Source: Deltaproteobacteria bacterium (GTDB lineage Bacteria > Myxococcota_A > Polyangia > Polyangiales > Houyiibacteriaceae). Taken from it: a stretch of 64,000 nucleotides of DNA. Each line of letters opens with the position of its first letter. The stretch's first letter is position 1. The notes below the pieces were generated by a model. It did not search any database, was not told the DNA's origin, and saw only the letters and a program-made list of their open reading frames with translations. The position numbers were made by a program, and so were the translations under genes. The stretch is taken from assembly GCA_034670305.1 (NCBI GenBank), contig JAXMNT010000014.1, forward strand, positions 1-64,000. The letters are read 5' to 3'. Positions 27,151 through 36,844 of the stretch are shown piece after piece.

Positions 27151-27950
27151 AGACCGGATGTATGATCGCGATCGCGATCGCACTCGCCGCCGCGCCGACC
27201 CCGACCGTGCGTGCACAGTCCGCCGACGCCGCCCCGACGTACGACGAACACCTCGACGCTGGGCTGGCCCACTACGAAGCCCGCCGGTACGCCGAAGCGG
27301 CTCGGTCGTTTCGCGCGGCGTTCGACCTGCGCCCCGAACCGGACCTCATGTACAACGTCGCGCGTTCGCTGGAGCGGTCCCTCGAACGCGAGGACGCCAT
27401 CGCGGCCTACGATCAGTTCCTGACGTTGTCCGGGACCACGTCGGAGATGCGCGCCCGGGCACGGGATGCCCGCGACAGCCTGCGCCGAGAGCTGAATGCG
27501 ATGAACGCACCCGACCCGGTGGTTCCGGATCCCGTCGACGATCCGGAACCGGTGGACACCGGCGCCACGGGCGAAGTGCAGCATCCGGACCCGCCGCTCC
27601 CTGAAGAGCCCAGCTCTCCGCTCCGGCCCGTGGGCTGGTCGCTGCTCGGTGTGGGTGCGGCCGCCGCGATCGCCGGTGGCGTGTTTGGCGGCCTGGCACT
27701 CTCCGCCAACTCGGACTTCGACGACGCGACCGATCGCGACGAACAGGTCCGGCTGCGCGACGACGTGAATCAGTACGCACTCCTCGCCGATGTGCTCGTG
27801 GGCGGCGGCGTGGCGCTGGCGGTGGTCGGCATCGTGCTCGTGGTGCTCGGAAAGAGCGACTTGGACGAAACGAACACGCAGGCGTCGCTCGAGATCGCGC
27901 CAGTGGTCGGGGCCCAGGAGCTCGGCCTGACCCTGCGCGGCGCATTCTAA
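27147..27950 (+). CDS. Secreted tetratricopeptide-repeat protein with C-terminal hydrophobic segments
   Basis: GLAHYEARRYAEAARSFRAAF...PDLMYNVARSLE...AIAAYDQFL; ATGA overlap with the BMP gene. Confidence 0.85.
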   Translation: MKTGCMIAIAIALAAAPTPTVRAQSADAAPTYDEHLDAGLAHYEARRYAEAARSFRAAFDLRPEPDLMYNVARSLERSLEREDAIAAYDQFLTLSGTTSEMRARARDARDSLRRELNAMNAPDPVVPDPVDDPEPVDTGATGEVQHPDPPLPEEPSSPLRPVGWSLLGVGAAAAIAGGVFGGLALSANSDFDDATDRDEQVRLRDDVNQYALLADVLVGGGVALAVVGIVLVVLGKSDLDETNTQASLEIAPVVGAQELGLTLRGAF

Positions 27951-28123
27951 GGGTCGGCACGCCGCCTGACGTCGTGGTCTCAGTCGTGTGCAGCCAGCCG
28001 CAGTCAGTCACGTTGGCGGTCGCACGACCTGGCGCGAACGATGGCCTGGAGACGAGCAACCGCTGGTGTCGGCTGGGACGGGTTCTTTTGCCGTCTCCCC
28101 ATCGGTCCAGTCATGATGCGGTC

Positions 28124-29437
28124 GTGATCCGGCGTCTCCTCTGGCTTCTGTGCGCGCTCGTGCTGCTTGGCGGCCTCGGGTGGACCGGCGCGACGCTGGC
28201 CATGGACGCCCGGGTCACCAGCCTCTCGGGACTGCGGGTCGACGGGCAGCGGCTCCCGCCGACGACCGATCCACGCGCCGAGCTGCAAGCGCGGGCGGAC
28301 CGGTGGCTCGACCAGCCGCTCGGCGTGCGCGCCGGTTCGGTGATGGTGGTCCGCACCCGTCGGCAACTCGGCGCGCGGGTCGACGTCGAAGGCGCCGTCG
28401 AACGCGTCTCCGCACTCGGACGCGCAGGCGGCACCTGGCGGAACGTGAACACCTGGTGGGACGCACGGCGCGGACGGATCGACGTGCCACTCGCGACCGA
28501 AGTAGACCGCGCCGCGATCCAGGCGTTCGTCTCCGGCCTCACCGATCTGGTCGACCGAGAGCCCGTGGTCGCGCGCTACAGCCGAAGCGGCGAACTGCTC
28601 GAAGCGGGCATGCCCGGCCTCACGCTCGACGTCGACGCGTCGACGGATGCGATCGCCACCGCGGTGCTCGACGAAGAGGTCGTGCTCGAGCTGCAAGTCA
28701 TCGAAGACCAGCAGCCCGCCGCGCCCGAACCCCCACCCGTCCAGAGTTTCGGCGAAGTCGTGGCCACCTACTCGACGCGCTTCGGTCGCAACGGCGGCCG
28801 TGCCCACAACGTCCGGCTGGCGGCGGAGCGACTCGACGGCGCCCTCATCGCACCGGGTGGCGAGCTCTCGTTCAACGGACAGGTCGGCGCGCGCGACCGG
28901 CGCGATGGATTCCGCACCGCGCCGGTCATCGAAGGCGGCGAAATGGTCGACGGAGTCGGCGGCGGCACCTGCCAAGTCGCGAGCACCCTGCACGCCGCGG
29001 CGTTTCTCGGCGGCCTGCAGATCGTCGAACACCGGCCGCACAGCCGCCCCGCCGGCTACGTACCGCTCGGACTCGACGCGACCGTCGTCTGGCCGAACGT
29101 CGACCTCGTCGTGCGCAACCCGTACGGCTTCCCCGTCCTCGTCCGCGCCACCCACGCCGGCCGAACGCTGCGGGTGGATCTCCTCGGCGCGCGCCGCCCG
29201 CCCGACGTGCGCTGGGAACGCGCCGTCGCCCAGACCGACGAACCAAGCGAACGTCTGGTCGAAGACCCATCGATCCCCTGGGGCGAAGCCCGCGTCACCC
29301 AAGACGGCATCCCCGGCTACCTCGTCGTGCGCACCCGCACCATGGACCGCGGCCACGGCCTGATCACCGAACGCGAAACCCTCCGCTACCCAGCGACCGA
29401 CCGAGTCGTCCGCATGGCCCCGGTCCCCCCGAAGTAG
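28124..29437 (+). CDS. VanW family protein with PG-binding and G5-like domains
   Basis: RAHNVRLAA, PGGELSFN, GGGTCQVASTL, HRPHS, GLDATV; start uncertain (GTG 28124 chosen). Confidence 0.9.
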   Translation: MIRRLLWLLCALVLLGGLGWTGATLAMDARVTSLSGLRVDGQRLPPTTDPRAELQARADRWLDQPLGVRAGSVMVVRTRRQLGARVDVEGAVERVSALGRAGGTWRNVNTWWDARRGRIDVPLATEVDRAAIQAFVSGLTDLVDREPVVARYSRSGELLEAGMPGLTLDVDASTDAIATAVLDEEVVLELQVIEDQQPAAPEPPPVQSFGEVVATYSTRFGRNGGRAHNVRLAAERLDGALIAPGGELSFNGQVGARDRRDGFRTAPVIEGGEMVDGVGGGTCQVASTLHAAAFLGGLQIVEHRPHSRPAGYVPLGLDATVVWPNVDLVVRNPYGFPVLVRATHAGRTLRVDLLGARRPPDVRWERAVAQTDEPSERLVEDPSIPWGEARVTQDGIPGYLVVRTRTMDRGHGLITERETLRYPATDRVVRMAPVPPK

Positions 29438-29457
29438 CGGCCGAGCCCGAGCAGCGC

Positions 29458-31803
29458 TTAGGCCTCGAGGACCATGGTGTCCGTCGGAATGGGAGACGGG
29501 TCGTCCAGCATCGCCTGCAACCGGTCGGGCAGCGGGTGCGTCGGCTCGAAGTGGTCCAGCACCCAATGGGTGAGGTTCGGCAACGCGTCGATCGCGGCGA
29601 TGTCGGCCGGCGTCGGATCGAAGTCGGTCCGCAACGTTCGGATCGGCAGCGCGCCCATGGTTTCGAGCGGCGGAAACCCCTCTTGCCCGGCGCGCAACCG
29701 AAGATGGGTGAGGTTCGGGAGCGCCCCCAGCGGATCCAGATCAAGCGAGCCCACGCACACGTCGAGGCTGGTCAGCTGGGGGAGGCGGTGCAGTGCGCCG
29801 ATCAAATAGTCGGCAGAGAAAGGAACCGTCAACGACCGAAGCGCAGGCAACGTCTCGAGACGGTCCATCTCGGCCTGCGCGTGCGGGTAGCCCCCACACG
29901 ACACCCCGAGCCGCACGAGACTGGGATGCCCGCGGAAGGGTTCGAGATCCGAAGGCTGACGCGTGAACAGACACAGCTCCTCGAGCGGCAGATCGAGCAA
30001 CGATCCTTCAAGCGTGCGCCAGGCGACCACAAGCACCCGGCAGCGGGGCAACCCCGACACGTCGAGCGGTTCCGAACCGTTCCCGATCCGAACCCGCTCG
30101 ATCGTCCGGTCGGAGAGCCCCAAGGACAGCGGACCGGGCGCGTGGGTCGGGCCCGCAATGGCGATCGAACGAACCGCAGGGAACGCGGAGAGGACCTCGG
30201 CGTCGAACTGGTGCGCAGGGAGCACGAGGTCGTGGACCGCGTGGCGAAACGCGACCGCCGGCGCGTCGGTGCAGCCTGCCAGCAGGGTCAGCAGCGACCA
30301 GAAGCGCGTGTCCCAGGCGGGGCTCCCGGCGTTGCGCAACGAAGGGTGTTCGAAGTGCCACTCCATGGGCGTCGCCCAAGGGTCGTTCGCTGGTGGTGGA
30401 CGGGGAACGAGTCGGAGCTTTCGCAGGAGCGCCAACCGGAGGTGCGCTCGTCCCGCGGAGAGCGCCAAAGCCGTCGCCTGTCGAACCATGCTCGGGTCGT
30501 CGCTTCCGAGCATTGTCCGAAGTTGCTTCAAGCCGCCCGAGGGATCGGGCCCGGCCGCGAGCTCGATCGCGGGCGCGCGCAGATGGGGTTCCTCGACAAG
30601 CGCGACGAGGGACGCGGGCACCTCGTCGTGGGCGTGAACGGAGCCGCGCAGCGAAAGCGTGCACAGCGACTCGGGTGCTTGAAACGTGGCCACATCGAAG
30701 TTCGTACAACCGTCGAGCACCAGACGCCGAAGGCCACTCGGTGCTGCGAGGTGCAGCGTCCGAAGCCCCGACAGTCCACGGAGCTTGGCGGTATGGACCG
30801 AGCTCGGAAGCGTCAGCGCTTCGAGCCGCTTCATGGACTCGAGGCGGACCCGGGAGAGCCGCGGCGCCGCGCTCAGGTCGAGCGTCTTCGTCTTGAACCC
30901 GTGCAGGTAGAGCGCGTCGAGTTCGGGCATGGCCCGCGGATCGAACCCGAGGGTCCACGCATCCCGCCAGCGAAGGACGCGCAGCTTCGGCAAGGGTCCG
31001 AGTTCGGCGTCGCCCGACAGCTCGAGGCGGACCAACCCAGGCGGTAGCAGCGTCGCGTACGCGCCGCCCCGATCGACGCGGAGCCGCTTCAGTGAAGCGG
31101 GAAGTCTGGCGAGTGTCTCGGGATAACCAGGACGACGTTCGTCGCCCGAACGGCCGCGGAGCTCGCTCAATTCGACTTCCTCGAGCGTCGCGGGAAAGGC
31201 GTCGACCTGAATGTTGCCGTGCAACCGAAGGTAGGACAGCGCGGGAAGCTCCAAAGAGACGTCGAGCGGTGCGTCGGACAGGAGCTCGAGCCCCTCGAGG
31301 TTCGGGAAGCCGCGCACGGCGACCCGGCGGAGGGGCGCCCCGCGCCAGCCAGACTCGATGAGGAGGGCCGTCACGTGGTCGTGCGCGAACTGTTCGACGG
31401 GACAACTCGCCGCCAGGGTGAGCGCGTCGAATGGGGTCCGTCGATAGTCCGCTTGGCCACGCACCCGGTTGCCCGAGGACACCACCACCTCTTGCAGGTT
31501 GGGAAAGCGCGCGACCATGCCCACGTCCACCTCGCCCTCCAGGTTGTGGAGCGACAGCGTCCTCACCCGGGCGCGCTGAGACCGCGCGTGGGGGTGGTCC
31601 GAACGAAGGAGAACCGCACGCCCGAGGATCGAGCCGAGCACCGGCTCCTGTCCCTTCAGGTAGCCACTGGCGCTCAACTCGAGCGCCTCGACGCGGGCGA
31701 CGACCTCGGGTCGGTCGCACAACTGGCGCACCGCCGCGTCGAGCGACGCATGGGTCCACCCATCTCCCTTGAGGGCGGCGATCTCGGCCTTGAGCGCGTC
31801 CAC
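29458..31803 (-). CDS. Leucine-rich repeat protein
   Basis: Many LxxLxxLxL units (LPKLRVLRW, MPELDALYL, LPALRSLTV, LPQLTSLDV, LPNLTHLRL); start likely GTG 31803. Confidence 0.75.
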   Translation of the reverse strand: MDALKAEIAALKGDGWTHASLDAAVRQLCDRPEVVARVEALELSASGYLKGQEPVLGSILGRAVLLRSDHPHARSQRARVRTLSLHNLEGEVDVGMVARFPNLQEVVVSSGNRVRGQADYRRTPFDALTLAASCPVEQFAHDHVTALLIESGWRGAPLRRVAVRGFPNLEGLELLSDAPLDVSLELPALSYLRLHGNIQVDAFPATLEEVELSELRGRSGDERRPGYPETLARLPASLKRLRVDRGGAYATLLPPGLVRLELSGDAELGPLPKLRVLRWRDAWTLGFDPRAMPELDALYLHGFKTKTLDLSAAPRLSRVRLESMKRLEALTLPSSVHTAKLRGLSGLRTLHLAAPSGLRRLVLDGCTNFDVATFQAPESLCTLSLRGSVHAHDEVPASLVALVEEPHLRAPAIELAAGPDPSGGLKQLRTMLGSDDPSMVRQATALALSAGRAHLRLALLRKLRLVPRPPPANDPWATPMEWHFEHPSLRNAGSPAWDTRFWSLLTLLAGCTDAPAVAFRHAVHDLVLPAHQFDAEVLSAFPAVRSIAIAGPTHAPGPLSLGLSDRTIERVRIGNGSEPLDVSGLPRCRVLVVAWRTLEGSLLDLPLEELCLFTRQPSDLEPFRGHPSLVRLGVSCGGYPHAQAEMDRLETLPALRSLTVPFSADYLIGALHRLPQLTSLDVCVGSLDLDPLGALPNLTHLRLRAGQEGFPPLETMGALPIRTLRTDFDPTPADIAAIDALPNLTHWVLDHFEPTHPLPDRLQAMLDDPSPIPTDTMVLEA

Positions 31804-31856
31804 CGATGGAGGGTAACCACGGGAACGGCCGTCGGTCGGCCTTGGCGTCCGCCTCG

Positions 31857-32035
31857 GGATTCGGATTCGGATTCGGATTCGGCATCGGATTCGGATTCGG
31901 CTTCGGATTCGGCTTCGGCTTCGGCGTCGGCTTCGGCTTCGGCGTCGGCTTCGGCTTCGGCTTCGGCTTCGGCGTCGGCTTCGGCATCGGCTTCGGAACC
32001 AAGGGCAAGGGCAAAGGCAAGGGCACGGGCAAGGG
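31857..32035. repeat. Compound hexamer tract (GGATTC/GGCTTC)n-GGAACC-(AGGGCA)n
   Basis: Directly visible; intergenic between the divergent LRR and gluQ genes. Confidence 0.95.
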
Positions 32036-32061
32036 ACGGCCACCCGTGGCCGTGGAGTAGG

Positions 32062-32979
32062 ATGCCGCCCGTGGACCCCGTGCCCTACCGCACCCGCTAT
32101 GCGCCCTCCCCGACCGGCGCGATGCACCTTGGCCACGCGCGCACCGCGCTGGTCGCGTGGTTGCGGGCGCGGCAGGCGGGCGGACGCATCGTGATGCGGA
32201 TCGAAGACCTCGATCCGCCCCGCGTCGTGGAAGGGAGCGCGGACTCGTTCCTGTTCGACCACGAGTGGCTCGGGCTCGACTGGGACGAAGGGCCGTTCTG
32301 GCAATCGAAACGCTCCGCACGCTACGAAGCGGCGATCGAGGCGCTGGGCGATCGGGTGTTTCGATGCACCTGTTCACGCCGCGACATCCGAGAAGCGTCC
32401 GACGCACCGCACGGAGAGATGCTGCGCTACCCAGGGACATGCCGCGACAAACCCGCCGGACACGAGGGCGATCGGCGGTTCGTGGCGCGCTTCCGCTCCG
32501 AGGCGGCGCCGGCATTCAACGACGTCATCGCGGGGCCGTGCGAAGGGGCGGGCGACGATTTCGTGATGCGCCGCAAAGCGGGCATGTACGCGTACCAGCT
32601 GGCGGTGGTCGTGGACGATCACGAGATGGGCGTGACCGAAATCGTGCGGGGCGACGATCTCCTGCCGAGCACGCCGCTGCAGATCGAACTCTTCGAAGCG
32701 CTCGGTTGGCCGGTGCCGACGTTCGTGCACGTACCGCTGGTGCGCGGCGCCGATGGAGACCGACTGGCCAAGCGCCACCACGCGCCACCGGTCGCCGCGC
32801 TGCGCGACGCCGGCTGGTCGCCGGAGCGGGTGCTCGCGGTGCTGGCCACTGGGCTCGTGCCCAACGTGGGGTCCGAGGTGTCGCTGGAAGTGCTCCGAGC
32901 GCGCTTCTCGATCGACCAGGTCTCGCGGGACCCAGTGACGCTCGACGTGGACGCGCTCTTGTCGAGGGACAAGCCGTGA
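32062..32979 (+). CDS. gluQ: Glutamyl-Q tRNA(Asp) synthetase
   Basis: RYAPSPTG.MHLGH, RIEDLD, Zn site CTCSR...YPGTC, YQLAVVVDD, VRGDDLL and RLAKR; no anticodon-binding domain. Confidence 0.92.
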   Translation: MPPVDPVPYRTRYAPSPTGAMHLGHARTALVAWLRARQAGGRIVMRIEDLDPPRVVEGSADSFLFDHEWLGLDWDEGPFWQSKRSARYEAAIEALGDRVFRCTCSRRDIREASDAPHGEMLRYPGTCRDKPAGHEGDRRFVARFRSEAAPAFNDVIAGPCEGAGDDFVMRRKAGMYAYQLAVVVDDHEMGVTEIVRGDDLLPSTPLQIELFEALGWPVPTFVHVPLVRGADGDRLAKRHHAPPVAALRDAGWSPERVLAVLATGLVPNVGSEVSLEVLRARFSIDQVSRDPVTLDVDALLSRDKP

Positions 32980-33494
32980 CGCTCTCGGAGTACGAGGCCT
33001 GGCTGCAGAGCCGCGGCGTGCGCCTCATCGACAAGAAGGACAGCGGGTTCTCGAAGTTGCTCGACCGCCTGGTCCGCATCGTGACCTTCGGCGCGCAGAA
33101 GAACTTCATGACGCGGTACGCGACCACCATCGGCCGCACCGTCTACCTGCCGGACAACTGGCGCACCCGAAGCGAAGCGAGCCGCCACATCACCCTGCGC
33201 CACGAGGCGGTGCACGTCGCCCAGTTCGAACGCTACACGGTGGTCGGCGCGTCGCTGATCTACCTGCTCCCGTTCTTCCCACTCGGACTCGCGTACGGAC
33301 GCGCCCGGCTCGAGTGGGAAGCATACGCAGAGACCTTCCGCGCCACGGCCGAGCTCTGCGGTGAAGCGGCGGCCAAAGACCCAGCGTTGCGGGAACGGGT
33401 CGTGAAGCAGTTCACGACGGGCGCGTACGGATGGATGTGGCCGTTCCCAGGCCAGGTGAACGCGTGGATCGACGAAGTGCTCGAGGACCTGTAG
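32976..33494 (+). CDS. Hypothetical protein with an HExxH motif (zincin-like)
   Basis: YATTIGRTVY, LRHEAVHVAQ and LEWEAY; GTGA overlap with gluQ. Confidence 0.75.
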   Translation: MTLSEYEAWLQSRGVRLIDKKDSGFSKLLDRLVRIVTFGAQKNFMTRYATTIGRTVYLPDNWRTRSEASRHITLRHEAVHVAQFERYTVVGASLIYLLPFFPLGLAYGRARLEWEAYAETFRATAELCGEAAAKDPALRERVVKQFTTGAYGWMWPFPGQVNAWIDEVLEDL

Positions 33495-33501
33495 CGGGCT
33501 C

Positions 33502-33598
33502 CCGCTTCCGCTTCCGCTTCCACTTCCGCTTCCGCTTTCGCTTCCGCATCCGCTTCCGCTTCCGCTTCCGCGACCGCGTCCGCTTCCGCGACCGCGTC
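33502..33598. repeat. (CGCTTC)n hexamer tract
   Basis: Directly visible; between convergent genes. Confidence 0.95.
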
Positions 33599-33678
33599 AT
33601 CTCGAACCGAACGCGTCGCCGCCCAGCCGACGATGTACGCGGGCTGGGCGGTGAATCAGAGCGCTGCTGGGAGACGGG

Positions 33679-35160
33679 TTACGACATCCAGTTGGCGTCG
33701 GGCTGGAGCGACCACTTCGTCGTGATCTTCTTCTGCTGGCTCCAGAAGTCCACGCCGCCGGCACCGGTGATGTCGCCCTGACCGAACTTGGACGCTTTGG
33801 TTCCGCCGAACGGGAACGGCTCGCGCGGCACCGGGACGCCGATGTTCACGCCGACCATGCCGGTCGCCGCGTGTTCGGAGACGTAGCGGGCCACGTCGCC
33901 CCGCGTGGTGAAGACGCTCGCCGCGTTGCCGTACGGGGTCTTGCCCTGGAGCGCGAGCGCCTCGTCGAGCGTGTCGACGCGGACGATGGTCAAGATCGGT
34001 CCGAAGAGCTCCGTCGCCGCGCAGTCCATGTCCGGCGTCGCGTGGTCGAGGATCGACGGCGCGAGCCAGTAGCCGCCTTCGAACCCATCCGGCGCGGGCA
34101 CACCGCGGCCGTCGAGCACGAGCTTGGCTCCGTCGGCGACCGCCTTGTCGAGGTCCTGGCGCAGCCGGTCGTGCGCGCCCTTCTCGATGATGGCGCCCAT
34201 GTCGCGGCCGAGCTGCATCTGGCCGGCGCGCTCCACGATGGCGTCGATGAGGTGGTCCGCCTTGCCGACCGCGATCATCAGACTCGCCGCCATGCAGCGC
34301 TGTCCGGCGCAGCCGGTGAACGAACGGGTCACGCCGTCGACGGTGACGTCTTCGTCCGCGTCCGGCACCACGATGAGGTGGTTCTTCGCGCCGCCCAAAC
34401 ACAGCGCGCGCTTTCCTTCACCAGTGGCGCGCGCGTACACGGCTTTGGCGATGGTCGTCGAACCGACGAAGCCGATTGCGGCGACGTCCGGATGATCCAC
34501 CAGTGCTTCGACCGTCTCGCGGCCGCCGTTGACGATCGTGAAGACACCCGGCGGGTAGCCCGCTTCGATCATCAGCTTGCCCGAGTACTCCGCCGCGAGC
34601 GGCACCTTCTCGGAGGGCTTGAGGATGAACGCGTTGCCGATCGTGATCGCGATCGGGTAGAGCCACATCGGCACCATCGCGGGGAAGTTGAACGGCGTGA
34701 TGCCGGCCACGACACCGAGCGGCTCCCGGCGCACTTCGCAGGTCACGCCGCGGCTGACTTCGAGCACGCCGCCCTGGTCGAGGTTCTGAAGACTGAGCGC
34801 GTACTCGATGACCTCGACGCCCTTCATCACACCGGCGCGCGCTTCGTCCACGGTCTTGCCGCACTCGAGCGCCGCGAGCTGACTCAACTGTTCGATGTGT
34901 TCGAGCACGAGTTCGCGGAAGCGGAACAGCGTCTGGGTGCGCTCCTTGAGCGGGACGGCGCGCCACTTCACGGCCGCTTCCCGCGCTGCGGCAACCGCGG
35001 TGTCCACGTCCTGCTTCGAGCTCATCGGGACCGTGCCGACGACCTTGCCGGTGTACGGGCTGAAGATGTCCGCACGCTCTTTCGAGGTCGCGTCGCGCCA
35101 CTCTCCGGCGATCAGGTTCTTGCAGTCGATGGGCTTCTCGGGCAGCTGGACCAGGGTCAT
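33679..35160 (-). CDS. mmsA: CoA-acylating (methyl)malonate-semialdehyde dehydrogenase
   Basis: ITPFNFPAMVPMW, KPSEKVP, FVGST, LGGAKNH, GCAGQRCMA, ELFGP and GVNIGVPVP; GAGAAGAAGAG upstream of the ATG. Confidence 0.93.
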   Translation of the reverse strand: MTLVQLPEKPIDCKNLIAGEWRDATSKERADIFSPYTGKVVGTVPMSSKQDVDTAVAAAREAAVKWRAVPLKERTQTLFRFRELVLEHIEQLSQLAALECGKTVDEARAGVMKGVEVIEYALSLQNLDQGGVLEVSRGVTCEVRREPLGVVAGITPFNFPAMVPMWLYPIAITIGNAFILKPSEKVPLAAEYSGKLMIEAGYPPGVFTIVNGGRETVEALVDHPDVAAIGFVGSTTIAKAVYARATGEGKRALCLGGAKNHLIVVPDADEDVTVDGVTRSFTGCAGQRCMAASLMIAVGKADHLIDAIVERAGQMQLGRDMGAIIEKGAHDRLRQDLDKAVADGAKLVLDGRGVPAPDGFEGGYWLAPSILDHATPDMDCAATELFGPILTIVRVDTLDEALALQGKTPYGNAASVFTTRGDVARYVSEHAATGMVGVNIGVPVPREPFPFGGTKASKFGQGDITGAGGVDFWSQQKKITTKWSLQPDANWMS

Positions 35161-35313
35161 CTCTTCTTCTCCACGTTCGGGCCCGTTCGGGCCTGGGGCA
35201 CGTCTCCACAATCGAGACGGCAAGCAATCCGGGAGCCTGCCACGCCGTCCGAACCCGCGCCAGACGAGCCAAGAGGCTTCTCTCGCAGCCTGCGGGCGCA
35301 TACCTTCCAGCCC

Positions 35314-35655
35314 ATGAAACGACTCGGCTTCGTTGCCCTCCTCAGCCTCGCCCTCTTCGGCTGCCAGTCCAAGACCGCTGGCTTGAACGTCCTGTGCCAG
35401 GCCCCGCTGACCTGTACCGAATGTGCGAACGCGGACCCGTCGATGCGGGCAACCCTGCTGGCCCGGCACATCGAAGACAACCTCTCCAATAGCGAGGTGA
35501 AGAACATGTTCGAAGCGCTCGCAAACGCGGACCCGGCATCCCGGGTGGAGCTCGTCCAGGTGGAGCTCGACGCCGCGGGCATCACGGAGTGTCCGATGCT
35601 CGACATGTGGGCACCGGTGCAGGTCGAGTTCGAGCTCCCCAGCCAACCGGAGTAG
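35314..35655 (+). CDS. Small Cys-containing lipoprotein
   Basis: MKRLGFVALLSLALFGC lipobox; four further Cys. Confidence 0.7.
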   Translation: MKRLGFVALLSLALFGCQSKTAGLNVLCQAPLTCTECANADPSMRATLLARHIEDNLSNSEVKNMFEALANADPASRVELVQVELDAAGITECPMLDMWAPVQVEFELPSQPE

Positions 35656-35812
35656 ACGGGCCGCGTTCCACGCTGGGCGGGCTTTCGACCCGCGGCCTGT
35701 CCAGTTGTGATATCCCAGACGGCCCGGTGGAGGAACCTCCACCACCCAACCCCACGCGCTGGTCGCGGCCCCGTGCCCCATCCCGCGCGAGAGATTTCGC
35801 AGGAGCAGAGTT

Positions 35813-36685
35813 ATGTCGCGCAAGGTCATCGGAGGCCTGATTCAGTGTTCGAACGCGCTCAACGATCCCTCGGCCACGGTGCCGCAGATCCGCGACGCCA
35901 TGTTCGACAAACACATCCCGCTGATCGAAGAGGCCGGCAAGAAGGGCGTCCAGATCCTCGGGTTGCAAGAGATGTTCAACGGCCCCTACTTCTGTCCGAG
36001 CCAGGACGCGAAGTGGTGCGACATCGCCGAAGAGGTCCCCGGCCCCTCGTGTGAGCGGCTCGCCGAGTACGCGAAGAAGTACCAGATGGCCATGGTCATC
36101 CCGGTCTACGAACGCGCCATGGCAGGCGTCTACTACAACACCGCCGCCGTCATCGACGCGGACGGCACGTACCTCGGCAAGTACCGCAAGAACCACATCC
36201 CGCAGACCAACGGCTTCTGGGAGAAGTTCTTCTTCAAGCCGGGCAACCTCGGCTACCCCACCTTCCAGACCCGCTACGCGCGGATCGGCGTGTACATCTG
36301 CTACGACCGCCACTTCCCGGAGGGCGCGCGTCTGCTCGGCCTCAACGGCGCCGAGATCGTGTTCAACCCGTCGGCCACCGTCGCCGGTCTGAGCGAGTAC
36401 CTCTGGAAACTCGAGCAGCCCGCCCACGCGGTCGCGAACGGCTACTACGTCGCCGCGAGCAACCGGGTCGGCACCGAAGCGCCGTGGAACATCGGTGAGT
36501 TCTACGGGCAGAGCTACTTCGTCGACCCGCGCGGACAGATGCTCTCGGTCGGCAGCAAGACCGACGACGAGCTGGTCGTCGCGGAGATGGATCTCGACCT
36601 CATCGAAGAGGTCCGCCGCACCTGGCAGTTCTACCGCGACCGTCGGCCGGAGACCTACGACGACATGGTCGAACAGCTCCCCTGA
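35813..36685 (+). CDS. Beta-ureidopropionase (nitrilase-family C-N hydrolase)
   Basis: Glu-Lys-Cys triad: LQE.FNGPYFC, KYRKNHIP and YICYDRHFPEG; adjacent to hydA. Confidence 0.92.
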   Translation: MSRKVIGGLIQCSNALNDPSATVPQIRDAMFDKHIPLIEEAGKKGVQILGLQEMFNGPYFCPSQDAKWCDIAEEVPGPSCERLAEYAKKYQMAMVIPVYERAMAGVYYNTAAVIDADGTYLGKYRKNHIPQTNGFWEKFFFKPGNLGYPTFQTRYARIGVYICYDRHFPEGARLLGLNGAEIVFNPSATVAGLSEYLWKLEQPAHAVANGYYVAASNRVGTEAPWNIGEFYGQSYFVDPRGQMLSVGSKTDDELVVAEMDLDLIEEVRRTWQFYRDRRPETYDDMVEQLP

Positions 36686-36753
36686 GCTTCGAGCCATGAG
36701 CCGGCGCCGCGAGTCCCTCGCGGCGCCGTCTTCGCATCAGCAGAAACAGCGAA

Positions 36754-36830
36754 GCGAACAGCGAACGGCGAACAGCGAACAGCGAACAGCGAACAGCGAA
36801 CAGCGAACAGCGAACAGCGAACAGCGAACA
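36754..36830. repeat. Heptamer tandem repeat (GCGAACA) x 11
   Basis: Directly visible, one variant unit; ends just upstream of the hydA RBS. Confidence 0.97.
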
Positions 36831-36844
36831 GCGAGGACGAGACA

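Noticed and set aside
31806-32060. GFGFGF/ASASAS/RFRFRF ORFs here and at 33412, 38134 and 53513
   Set aside because: Translations of non-coding hexamer tracts.
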